Positions 53,301 through 64,000 are shown, numbered from the stretch's first letter. The stretch: DNA of 64,000 nucleotides from Antedon mediterranea (GCF_964355755.1 NC_092680.1:22019045-22083044); one strand, 5' to 3'. A program made the numbers and translations. The notes: a model not told the origin generated them from the sequence alone.

Positions 53301-56300
53301 AACGCAAAACAAAATATCGAGTAAAATGATCTAACAATCGGCGGTTCCGCACAGAGCACGCGCATCTAACATACGGCAACAAATGTTATCGTTTAAATAG
53401 TCCACGAGTCCAAGTACGATCGTTTTGCTCATTGGTAGCATGCTGCATGAGAGTGTCTTATCCGGCCATCTAGGGGTGTCATTTAACAAAATTTGCTTCG
53501 CCGATACGTACTCAAATGTATCAATATCACCTATTTACATTGGCATATTTAATTTCCTCAACAAATTGCAGTAAATAAATATTATAGATAGAGCTATAAT
53601 AAGAATTGCATTTGCCTTCACCCAGTGTGCTTTTTTCGGGGCTTCTCCTAGACGTACGTTCGCATTGAACTTGAACGCAAAACAAAATATCGAGTAAATG
53701 ATCAAACAATCGGCGGTTCCGCACAGAGCACGCGCATCTAACATACGGCAACAAATGTTATCGTTTAAATAGTCCACGAGTCCAAGTACGATCGTTTTGC
53801 TCATTGGTAGAATGCTGCATGAGAGTGTCTTTTCCGGCCATCTAGGGGTGTCATTTAACATTGCTTCGCCGATACGTACTCAAATGTATCAATATCACCT
53901 ATTTACATTGGCATATTTAATTTCCTCAACAAATTGCTGTAAATAAATATTATAGATAGAGCTATAATAAGAATTGCATTTTCCTTCACCCAGTGTGCTT
54001 TTTTCGGGGCTTCTCCTAGACGTACGTTCGCATTGAACTTGAACGCAAAACAAAATATCGAGTAAATGATCTAACAATCGGCGGTTCCGCACTGAGCACG
54101 CGCATCTAACATACGGCAACAAATGTTATCGTTTAAATAGTCCACGAGTCCAAGTACGATCGTTTTGCTCATTGGTAGCATGCTGCATGAGAGTGTCTTT
54201 TCCGGCCATCTAGGGGTGTCATTTAACAAAATTTGCTTCGCCGATACGTACTCAAATGTATCAATATCACCTATTTACATTGGCATATTTATTTTCCTCA
54301 ACAAATTGCTGTAAATAAATATTATAGATAGAGCTATAATAAGAATTGCATTTGCCTTCACCCAGTGTGCTTTTTTCGGGGCTTCTCCTAGACGTACGTT
54401 CGCATTGAACTTGAACGCAAAACAAAATATCGAGTAAATGATCAAACAATCGGCGGTTCCGCACAGAGCACGCGCATCTAACATACGGCAACAAATGTTA
54501 TCGTTTAAATAGTCCACGAGTCCAAGTACGATCGTTTTGCTCATTGGTAGAATGCTGCATGAGAGTGTCTTTTCCGGCCATCTAGGGGTGTCATTTAACA
54601 AAATTTGCTTCGCCTCAGGCCCACCCCAGGGGGGGGGGGGGGGGTCGGTAGGTATGGGGGTGGGGTGACCCAAATACTTAGTGTGCGAACCCCCCCTTGA
54701 CAGATCCTGGCTACAGCCCTGTTAACCCTTAATATCCATGTTGTCTTTCTGTCCATCAAGCTGTACGTGCACAGGGTTTGTAGTACAATGTCCTGCAACA
54801 TTAACCCTTAATATCCATGTTGTCTTTCCTAGACATATCCTGTCCATCAAACTGTACATGGACAGGGTTTGTAGTACAATGTCCTGCAACCTTAACCCTT
54901 AATATCCATGTTGTCTTTCCTAGACATATCCTGTCCATCAAGCTGTACATGCACAGGGTTTGTAGTGCAATGTCCTGCAACCTTAACCCTTAATATCCAT
55001 GTTGTCTTTCCTAGACATATCCTGTCCATCAAGCTGTACATGCACAGGGTTTGTAGTACAATGTCCTACAACATTAACCATCGCAGATCTACAACTTATT
55101 CCAGCTTCTGTTAGATTCCTGTAAGTAAAGACTTAAATGTAAAATTCCAATGTGATTCAAAGGGCATATGTCTGAATAATAATGATTATTTTAAAATGCA
55201 GTAAGGTGTGTTTTCTTCCTGTATTTATTTCTAATGTTATTTAACCCCTCCGACAAACATTGTAAATATTCTCCCACTGGAGAAAAGGCGATTCACACTC
55301 CCTGGCGTCTCCACTAAATAACAGTACATTAATCTAACAACATTCTGAAGAAGTAGTAAATTAGTTTGATGTATATCGATGCTATGTTTTTCAGAGATTT
55401 AAGTGGAAGTCTACCAATTAGTACAAATGACAAACGTAAGAAAAGAACGATTGTGGAAGACTTTTTAGTCATTCTTGATAAATTTCCGTTTCTTCATACA
55501 TTGTAAGTATCATTCATTAGTTTTCATAAATTTTCCTCTTGAAGAAATTTAGTTTTTCACAACAACGAACCTAGAAATAATGAAGGAAAGAGTCATTAAT
55601 AATGTTATATTTTCAGAGATCTATCCGACAACAACATTGAATCACTTAATCCTGGTGGATTTGCATCGCTTATCAATTTGAAGAAACTGTGAGTGTGTTG
55701 TCATTAATGTTCGAGTTCGATGTCAAATCCGACTCTTATTAGCATTTGTTGTAGAAATAATATAAGTAAAAATGTGAATGGAATTTTGAATTGAAGATGC
55801 AATGTGTATGGACAATTACACAAGTAAATAATTTACTGTAGTAATAATATTTGATAAACATTTGTAGTGTGTGCTCAAGCACACACTACAAATGTTTAAG
55901 AAACACCAGTTTATGAATAAAATATACCTTAATGTATTTAACATTTTATAGAAATCTTTCCCGGAATTCTATTATTCTGTTGGAAGATAACGCATTTCTG
56001 GGTCTTACAAAGCTCAACATTCTGTAAGTATTTAGCAAAATTACCAATGTAACGTATTCTAAGAATTCTTACATCGATAAAACAATATAGAGTACATAGA
56101 AATATTTAGAAATGTTTAGGAAATAAACTTTCACAAAAACACGAGGTCATTCTTTAAAGTTGTCAAGATCCACACCTAAAGTAGAAGTAAGGAGGCACAT
56201 TTTTTAGTATTGGAACTCACCTCCGAAGATGTTGTTTGCGCTTCTTCCATAAATAGATTAACATCTAGTTTAGAGAAAAGTTGGTCTGAACCCTATTTAA

Positions 56301-59300
56301 ACTTTCACCCATATACAAATTAAGAGTTCTCAAGAATGATCAAGAGGGACAAACGAGCGTAGTTCTCAAGGTTCAAGGTAAACATCGCCTCTCAGATTGT
56401 TTGTATCAAAAATAATATTAAAACGAAATTAAGACTTACAACACATACACAAATAATATACATATTATTTCTTAAAGGGACATCAGCAACAATGGTCTTA
56501 TAGAAATTGATAATAACGTATTTATTGACATCAACAACACGATAGAGTTGTAAGTATTTTATCAGTTCTTTATAATTTGTATAATCTAGCCAGGAAATAT
56601 AAAATTAATTATAACATATAATAAAAAATTAATCCCTCAATTAAAATGTTAATAATTATACAGAACCAGGAATACAGGAAATAACAATGCTACCAGAACA
56701 CATTAAAGATGTATTGTCCCTTGAAACACAAAAAATGAAGGTCAAAATATTCTAAATTTAAATTGGCCATATCAAAGTAATATTAAAGTTATTCACTTTA
56801 AGTCGAAAATTCGAGCCAAAAACAAAAAGTTTACGTAATTAACAGGTAAATTAATTTGATTACATTTCGTCTGGAAAATCGTCGCGAGCGAAAGTAAACA
56901 AAGATTTCAAACCACGAGTATGCATTATGCATGATGCTAATTAGGATTGTTTACAACTCGTCACGGTTGAGAAAGTGTTTTCACACAGATCGCGAGGAAG
57001 TTTTATGATTATGCACACAGAGTAGCCAAACAAGCGCGTTGCATTATGAGATATGTTTTGATCGAAAACTTTGACTGGAAGTCAAAGTTATTTTTGAACA
57101 AAAAACGTCTGTATTTCAGTTAAATGGTTTTTTTTTACTCATTTTTTTGTGAAAGTTAATAACTATTATGATACTTCAAAATGACCCACTTTTTTTCGAA
57201 ATCTTTTTTTAAAATTTTTTTGGAATTAGTCAAGGGACAATACATCTTTAAGTTATATATGATTGACCATTATAAACAAAAGTTCAAACCAAAAACATTT
57301 CAGATTCATGCAAGGAAACTTAATTGATGAAATAAGCGGTACTGCTTTTGATTCTTTAACGGAGCTGAGGATTTTGTAAGTAACGAATATTGAAGCTAAT
57401 CTTTTTTTTGTACTCAAAATCAATCACATTTACCATTAAAGACGAAATAAAATGGTATTCAAATTCAACAAACATATATTTCATCAAATACCATACTAAA
57501 ATATTAATATTGGTAGAAATTTGTTGATGATTTTGTATACAGTTTATCACTGTTAATACATGGTAAGTTGTATTGTATTTTTAGATAAATTGTTATAGCA
57601 GAACTGTTTTTTTATTGGCTGACTATTGTATTTATATTGCTTTTGTGTTAGGGTATCTGATGACTACAGGTTCTGTTGCTTGGCAACAACCACCACGTCT
57701 TGCACCCCGGAAGCAGACGAGTTTTCATCATGCGCGGATCTGATGAGACACCAGGCTTTGCGCGTGTTTGTCTGGATTCTAGGTCTCAGTGCTTTCATTG
57801 GAAATTTCTGTGTAGTTCTTTGGCGATTTAAAAATAAGCAGAAAAATAAAGTTCAGGGCTACCTGATCCAGAATCTAGCCGTTTCTGATTTCTTCATGGG
57901 AATTTATTTATTGGTTATAGCTTCCGCTGACATTTACTATCGGGATAGTTACGTCGTCTATGCCAACCAATGGAGAAACAGTAGACTTTGCAGCTTCGCT
58001 GGATTTTTGTCCGTTTTCTCAAGTGAGATGTCTGTATACATTTTGACAGTAATTTCAGTCGATCGTTTCATTTGCATTGTCTTTCCATTTAGTAGATTCA
58101 GAATGCGAGGAAAGGGTGCCATCCGTGTCCTCGTTATTGGTTGGGCTGTGGTATTTTTAATCAGCATTATTCCATTATTTGGCATTGACTATTTTGCTAA
58201 CTTTTACGGTGTGAATGCAGTTTGTCTTGCTTTGCCCATTACACACCAGGACATTCCTGCTGCTGAGTATACAATCATTGTTTTCTTAGGACTGAATTTG
58301 ACAAGTTTTCTTCTGATAGCAATTTGCTATGTATCAATGTATATAAACGTTAAAAGATCAGCAAATCGTCTGAAGGACAATATCATAAGAAATGACAGCA
58401 AGAGGAAAGAATTGAAAATGGCAACGAAGATGGCAGTGATTGTGTTAACCGATATGTTTTGTTGGTTGCCAATTATCTTAATGGGAATTCTTGCACGTGG
58501 TGGAGCTGTGAGCATACCAGGTTCAGTTTATGCATGGACCGCAGTTTTTATTTTACCTTTAAATTCTGCTATAAATCCTCATCTGTACACATTCTCTTCG
58601 TATATTACGTTGGAAAAGAAAAAGAAGGCCGTAACATCCAACAATACAGGTTCAACGCCAATAAGTACACCGCAGCCTATGAAGAAATTAAGTAAGTACT
58701 TACATAATACAAGTATTATCTTTTCCTCGACGTGACTTGCAACATTACATTTCATGGCAGGATGATGTGATGATATGTTTATAATTTTTTATTGTATATA
58801 TTTATTTATTTATTTGACTATCCCAATTATATTCCATCTTTTTTTTCTTTTTGAATCCTTCTAAGTTTTTTTAACTGTCGATTATATGTCCATAACATTT
58901 AACCACATAATCAATATCCATATTTTCGATTTTACGAAATTCGAAGGACTCAAACTTATATTTCGTTATTAAGTTGATATTTTAGAAAGAAGTATAATTG
59001 TTCTTATTTAAGTTGCCATTCCCAATATACAGCTTCATGAGTGGATTAAAGTTTTGTATAATTTTTATTGTTATTGACTAAAATGTTTATTTTTTAAAAT
59101 TCAAGATAACATTCCTATGTGGGTTGTACCAGAAAACGCTCAACGAAAGCGTCAGCTCTTACCGTATTTACGCGAATCGTCAACTCAATCTGTATCTATA
59201 GCAAAGAGATTTAAAGATAGTGAAGGAGGTGGAGTTAAAGATGAAGAAATAGCAGCGATAGAGAAGCAATTCAAAGAGGTGATTACGATTCTTAAAAAGT

Positions 59301-59512
59301 GTCAGAAAGGACAAAGTAAACTTGCTGTTGAAACTGACCATATAAGTAAAAGTGAAGAGCACATAAGTAAAAGTGTTGAAGAGTTAAATACACTTGAAAA
59401 CAACAGTAATAATGTAGATGATGGAGATGGAGATGGAGATGAAATCAGTAGAGATGAAAATGACGTAATGATAGGTATCAATAACCAAGAAACAGGAAAT
59501 ACAAAATGTTAG
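32371..59512 (+). CDS. Giant GRL101-like leucine-rich-repeat GPCR: SP-7xF5/8C-CTL-EGF_CA-CTL-like-3xCUB-CTL-7xLDLa-LRRNT-5xLRR-7TM
   Basis: Signal exon 32371-32446 ([25 protein letters not shown]). Discoidin exon pairs 34767-43453. CTL 43823-44221. cbEGF 44461-44581 ([15 protein letters not shown]). CUB 45901-48672. CTL 48873-49992. LDLa exons 50217-50381, 50592-50702, 50953-51069, 51254-51373, 51607-51762, 51846-51962, 52180-52296. LRRNT 55015-55120. LRR exons 55395-55502, 55617-55688, 55952-56023, 56478-56549, 57304-57375. 7TM exon 57652-58691 ([36 protein letters not shown]). Last exon 59106-59512. Junctions I checked keep frame. Confidence 0.88.
33430..34030 (+). mobile_element. Decayed LINE (CR1/L2-group) RT C-terminal remnant
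   Basis: [29 protein letters not shown] and WGG motifs in broken frames. Confidence 0.75.
35323..35488. mobile_element. Small MITE (Harbinger-like)
   Basis: Imperfect TIRs agcttggctcccact / agtgggaacaaagc. Confidence 0.5.
45055..45265. repeat. Minisatellite with a (TACT)n core
   Basis: tgtcgaacgaattcattggtacttacttact x5. Confidence 0.9.
46125..46228. repeat. 20-bp tandem repeat x5
   Basis: gtgtctatacgtcctgcatt repeated. Confidence 0.95.
46684..46832. mobile_element. Inverted-plus-direct partial copy of the 19490-19642 repeat
   Basis: 46684-46744 matches the reverse complement of ~19580-19641; 46745-46832 matches ~19526-19612 directly. Confidence 0.75.
49950..50155 (+). repeat. Triplicated exon end plus splice donor (~72-bp unit)
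   Basis: ggaggaaggcatttcatttgtgagcagcctttacccaa(c/t)tatg|gtgagtacattacagaatct x3; the middle copy has lost its donor. Confidence 0.9.
52559..54721 (-). mobile_element. hAT5-type non-autonomous transposon, copy 2 (inverted relative to copy 1), with an internal ~370-bp tandem x4
   Basis: TSD TTAAC at 52554-52558 and 54722-54726. TIRs CAGGCCCGTAGCCAGG / CCTGGCTACAGCCCTG. Internal units start near 53128, 53501, 53869 and 54241. Confidence 0.92.
54727..55078 (+). repeat. 91-bp tandem copies of the acceptor plus 5' part of the LRRNT exon
   Basis: ccttaatatccatgttgtctttcctag|acatatcctgtccatcaagctgtacatgcacagggtttgtagtacaatgtcct repeated; the first copy is at 52468-52558. Confidence 0.93.
55855..55898. 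other. Perfect 21-bp-stem palindrome in an intron
   Basis: taaacatttgtagtgtgtgct-ca-agcacacactacaaatgttta. Confidence 0.95.
56707..57247. mobile_element. MITE with TTAA TSD (Kolobok-type)
   Basis: TTAA at 56703-56706 and 57248-57251. Perfect TIR AGATGTATTGTCCCTTGA / TCAAGGGACAATACATCT with purine-purine start. Confidence 0.85.
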
Positions 59513-60179
59513 CTATTTATAAATATTTACTCCATACATTTTAATATTATTTTTTTTGATATTTAATTCTATCGTATTTTATACATTTAAAAATTAACTG
59601 TCTAATAATATATATTTTAACCACACTTATAGAATTTAAAGTTGTTTTCATATTAATTCATGTTTTTGTAGTTGTGCTATATATTTGTCGTGTTTACGTT
59701 TTAATATAACATTTTTACTGTAAATACATTTTAAATGAACGTATTTCTTGCCCAAGTATTGTTCTATCAGAGTTTAAAATAAATGTGTACATTCATTATT
59801 AAAACAAAAACAACTGTATGTATGTTTATTAGGCCTAAAGTATAACATAGTAATTTTCTGTAAGCCAAACGTGCAATTAGAATTCAATTTAAATTTTAAT
59901 CAAAAAATTAAAATCAGAGAAAACACACTTTTAAGGATCTTTATACCAATTTATAAAATGAATAAAATGTTATTTTGTTGCTAAAATGACGAACTCAGAG
60001 CATACACTATCATAAATCTAACCCTACCCAGTCCTACCTAATATTCGAACAAAATTGCATATCCGCACCAGGCTAATACACCATGTACACCATATTAAAA
60101 TGATAATATTATACAATATTGGATTAAATAAACATAACTAAATATAATATTAAGCTATTAGATAAACGTATCAAAATAT

Positions 60180-61406
60180 TAAACTACTGGATACACGTAT
60201 ATAAAAACTAGGTAGGAGTACGTCTGGTGCAACAATAAACTACTGGACACACGTATAAAAACTAGGTAGGAGTACGTCTGCTGCAACAATAAACTACCGG
60301 ACACACGTATAAAAGCTAGGTAGGAGTACGTCTGCTGCAACAATAAACTACTGGATACACGTATATAAAAACTAGGTAGGAGTACGTCTGCTGCAACCAA
60401 TAAACTACTGGACACACGTATAAAAACTAGGTAGGAGTACGTCTGCTGCAACAATAAACTACCGGACACACGTATAAAAGCTAGGTAGGAGTACGTCTGC
60501 TGCAACAATAAACTACTGGATACACGTATATAAAAACTAGGTAGGAGTACGTCTGGTGCAACAATAAACTACTGGACACACGTATTTAAAAGCTAGGTAG
60601 GAGTACGTCTGCTGCAACAATAAACTACTGGACACACGTATTTAAAAGCTAGGTAGGAGTACGTCTGCTGCAACAATAAACTACTGGACACACGTATTTA
60701 AAAGCTAGGTAGGAGTACGTCTGCTGCAACCAATAAACTACTGGATACACGTATATAAAAACTAGGTAGGAGTACGTCTGCTGCAACCAATAAACTACTG
60801 GACACACGTATTTAAAAGCTAGGTAGGAGTACGTCTGGTGCAACAATAAACTACTGGACACACGTATTTAAAAGCTAGGTAGGAGTACGTCTGCTGCAAC
60901 AATAAACTACTGGACACACGTATTTAAAAGCTAGGTAGGAGTACGTCTGCTGCAACAATAAACTACTGGACACACGTATAAAAGCTAGGTAGGAGTACGT
61001 CTGCTGCAACCAATAAACTACTGGACACACGTATAAAAGCTAGGTAGGAGTACGTCTGCTGCAACAATAAACTACCGGACACACGTATAAAAGCTAGGTA
61101 GGAGTACGTCTGCTGCAACAATAAACTACTGGACACACGTATATAAAAGCTAGGTAGGAGTACGTCTGCTGCAACCAATAAACTACCGGACACACGTATT
61201 TAAAAGCTAGGTAGGAGTACGTCTGCTGCAACCAATACACTACTGGATACACGTATATAAAAGCTAGGTAAGAGTAAGTCTGCTGCAACCAATAAACTAC
61301 TGGACACACGTATTTAAAAGCTAGGTAGGAGTACGTCTGCTGCAACCAATACACTACTGGATACACGTATATAAAAGCTAGGTAGGAGTACGTCTGCTGC
61401 AACCAA
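60180..61406. repeat. Minisatellite of 54-57 bp, about 22 copies, derived from the last codons and stop of the minus-strand gene
   Basis: Unit ctaggtaggagtacgtctgctgcaac(c)aataaactactggacacacgtatttaaaag; its reverse strand reads GCSRRTPT* in the terminal copy. Confidence 0.95.
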
Positions 61407-63978
61407 TGATTACCACCAAGGTAACGATGAAGGCAACAATAACGCCACCAATGATTGTCAAATACATAACAAATGTGTTAGGATCTTCATCGTTGGGAGG
61501 CAAAGTACTTTCTGTATCTGTAAACAAATAAAGTACAGTTAACACGCGAACAAATAACAAACAAATTGACTTTTGAAATTAGATTTGTTAACATACAATT
61601 TGGCTCATTAGGCCTATTTTAAAACAAAACGTACATACCTTCACAACTCTTAAGATGAACTTTTGTTGACACACTGTTCTCATGGCCATTTGTTGATTCT
61701 CTGTTAATGACTGTGATATTCATTTCAAAATCTGCAAATGTACCTTCGGTTTGTAACTCCATCTCTTTAGTATCTCCGACTAATTTATACGTATTATTAG
61801 ACACCAAAACACCTGGTGAAATGCTAATGTCGGACGGCACGTCGGATACAATAACTGACGTAATATTCTCGGATCCATCTGTGTCTGTAGACATCGCCGA
61901 TATCGTCATGATAAGCTTAATTTGATCATGAGTGAAACACGGTATGTTTACGGTAACAACCGGCGTATCAGCGACTGCTGCGATATAAACAGGGAGATCA
62001 ACTCTACGTACTGCGTCTCCATGGTCACTCTTTGTGGTAGCAAATAGGACCAGATTGATGACGCCATCTATATTTAGGGGAGGAGAAAACACTAAATTGG
62101 GAAGGTGATCTATAGGAATATGCCATTCCGTTTGTAGTTTCGTTCCATGTGAGAAAATCGACCCATCTGGTGCTCCTTTGACGATTAGCGTTGTTTCAGT
62201 ACTGTAGTTACTCGCATAAGGTACGATTGAAACAGTTAGTTGAACATCACCATCTTCGTCCACGCTGGCTGCTTGTACTCCAACGACCGGAGGCTCAACA
62301 GGAGTCGTAACTGATGAAGAGAACAATATTATGTAATTTTTTTTCAACGATGTTTTGTCAGGAACTACATGTATTAGACTTTCTGTGCCAGTCTGTATCT
62401 TATTAAGAACTACTATATTGAACTCACCTGAGTTGCAAGCCGATCCGTATCTGTTTGCGTAACAGCTACATAGATTTTGTCCAGTACATGTACCGAATCC
62501 CGAACAGTTATTAACAGCAGTACACGAAACTACAAATAAACAAATATCCAGTATGATGAATATACAGTTCCTCTTATACTTTAAAAGTTTTCAGTATTTA
62601 ATCGTCTGAACGAAGTACGAAAGTGGGATGTTAAGCACACAACATCCAATAATGTAACTCATATATAATATAGTAACCAAACATACTGACCAGTAACAAC
62701 CGGAAAATCGACCGATATGATTCGATTTTCCTCCTGTAGTTCACTGTATGTAGGGTAATTGCCAACGTTGTCTCGTGGAATGGCTATTATATTGTAGGTT
62801 ACACCAATAGGTACATCCAGTGTCACAGTTGTGTCAGTGGTCCCTTCAACCAGCAGCTCTGGTTCACCATCTAATTAAAAAAACACATTGCGTTATATAT
62901 TTTCTCTGGTGTTACGTAATGACCATTTGCTCTAATGAGTATTGTAGTATTAAGACTATTGCTTATGTTTGTCAGATTTATGTTGATCGACAATATGACA
63001 ATATGACAATATGACAATATGACAATATGAACAGGCAACACATAGAAACAAGAAAAACATTTTACAATTTCAAAAAGATAAGTCATCAACAGACGTGTTT
63101 TCAATGGATCAGTGTGATTAGTGTTTTTTTGGAAGAAAAAAAAATGAAAATAAGGATTGAAAAAGAGTACAAGAAATACGTAATCCCTCCAAATGATTGA
63201 ATTACCTGTATCAGTATAAATGTCAACAAAACTGACACCAGACCCATCATCATTTGTTTCGATATGAATAACAAGTATTCCAGATTCAAGAAAGTCAGTG
63301 TCAACTGTAACATTTACGTCCGGTTTACCAGAATCGATCTGACAACGAAAGATTAGAAATAATGAAATCATTTATCTAACATTTTATTCAGTATTATTGA
63401 AATAAAAACCCAGAAATATAGGTCTACATGTTTCCAAATTATAATATTGTAGCGACACTTAAAATCCTTGCATAATTAACAGGTGTAACTTATTTTAGGC
63501 AACCTATTGTCTGCTCACTCTACCAGAGACCGGCGAACGAGCAGCAAGTCGTTTGTATAGCCGTATTCAAGTTTTGAATTGCCATTGAATTAATTGTTGT
63601 AGGCCTATCCAGTATTTTGAATGTTTTACTTCACGTTCATGATTGACTACCCGGTGCGGAAACACAGGCAGATAGTGTGTAAAGCTAAGAAAGAAGAGTT
63701 AGTTTGATTTTATTTGGAGAATCGAAGCCGCTCGCTTGGTAAGTACCAGGATTTAGGTATTATTGTTTTACTAACTATTTAACATACCGTATTGAATATA
63801 GGTGGTGTCTCTATTGGATCATTGTTATCAAATATTATAGAAGCTTTAGCATCAATGACTGACAGATCAATTGTGCTAACACGTGGCTTCACTCTAAATG
63901 TCACGAAGCCTTGCCCGTCTGTTCCATTTTCTGGGTTAGGTGGCAAAAATCCTTTCAAAGGGTCTGTTGGCATTCGAC
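61378..63978 (-). CDS. 3' six exons of a type I membrane protein with bacterial-type modules, EGF and TM; gene continues beyond the window
   Basis: Exons 63978-63788, 63338-63206, 62870-62691, 62529-62428, 62310-61639 and 61517-61378, all GT-AG and phase-compatible. They encode GFLPPN..GQGFVTFRVKP..ASIIFDNNDPIETPPIFNTID, DDGSGVSFVDIY..TYNIIAIPRDNVGN, EGF (NNCSGFGTC..CSCYANRYGSAC), two Ig-like repeats (AVADTP, DTDGSE) and TM YLTIIGGVIVAFIVTLVVIIGC. Confidence 0.88.
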
Positions 63979-64000
63979 CTGCAAATAAGTGCAATTGTAC

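Noticed and set aside
53162-54801. Repeated 67-132 aa ORFs as a tandem gene family or transposase
   Set aside because: They lie inside the amplified non-coding transposon segment, have no transposase motifs, and their frames differ from copy 1.
60179-61402. Several repetitive ORFs (QQTYSYLAF...)
   Set aside because: Minisatellite translations downstream of the real stop codon.
61378-63978. Bacterial contamination as the explanation for bacterial-type domains
   Set aside because: The coding segments are split by canonical phase-compatible spliceosomal introns with host-like AT content and include an animal EGF exon.

Overview
AT-rich, intron-rich animal genomic DNA (spliceosomal GT-AG genes; repeat content suggests an invertebrate deuterostome such as an echinoderm, which is inference). 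It carries four cell-surface-protein genes plus the last exon of a fifth gene. (1) An axotactin/Caspr-like neurexin-superfamily gene on the minus strand (27041-4778). (2) A single-coding-exon LRR-TM receptor with a tyrosine-motif-rich tail and no TIR domain (28847-30802). (3) A very large GRL101-type LGR GPCR of about 2,900 aa (my estimate): 7 discoidin/F5-8C, CTL, EGF, 3 CUB, CTL, 7 LDLa, LRRs with an inserted RKKR site, and 7TM (32371-59512). (4) The 3' end of a spliced minus-strand gene built largely from bacterial-type modules (an RHS-protein-associated GFLPPN...FDxNxPIxT module and DxDGSE adhesin repeats) fused to an EGF domain and a TM anchor (63978-61378). Introns hold a four-level nest of DNA transposons with intact TSDs on three levels, LINE and Penelope relics with hammerhead-ribozyme motifs, MITEs and minisatellites. 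Several tandem repeats are amplifications of splice junctions or stop codons. All domain and family calls are by visual motif recognition; no searches were run.
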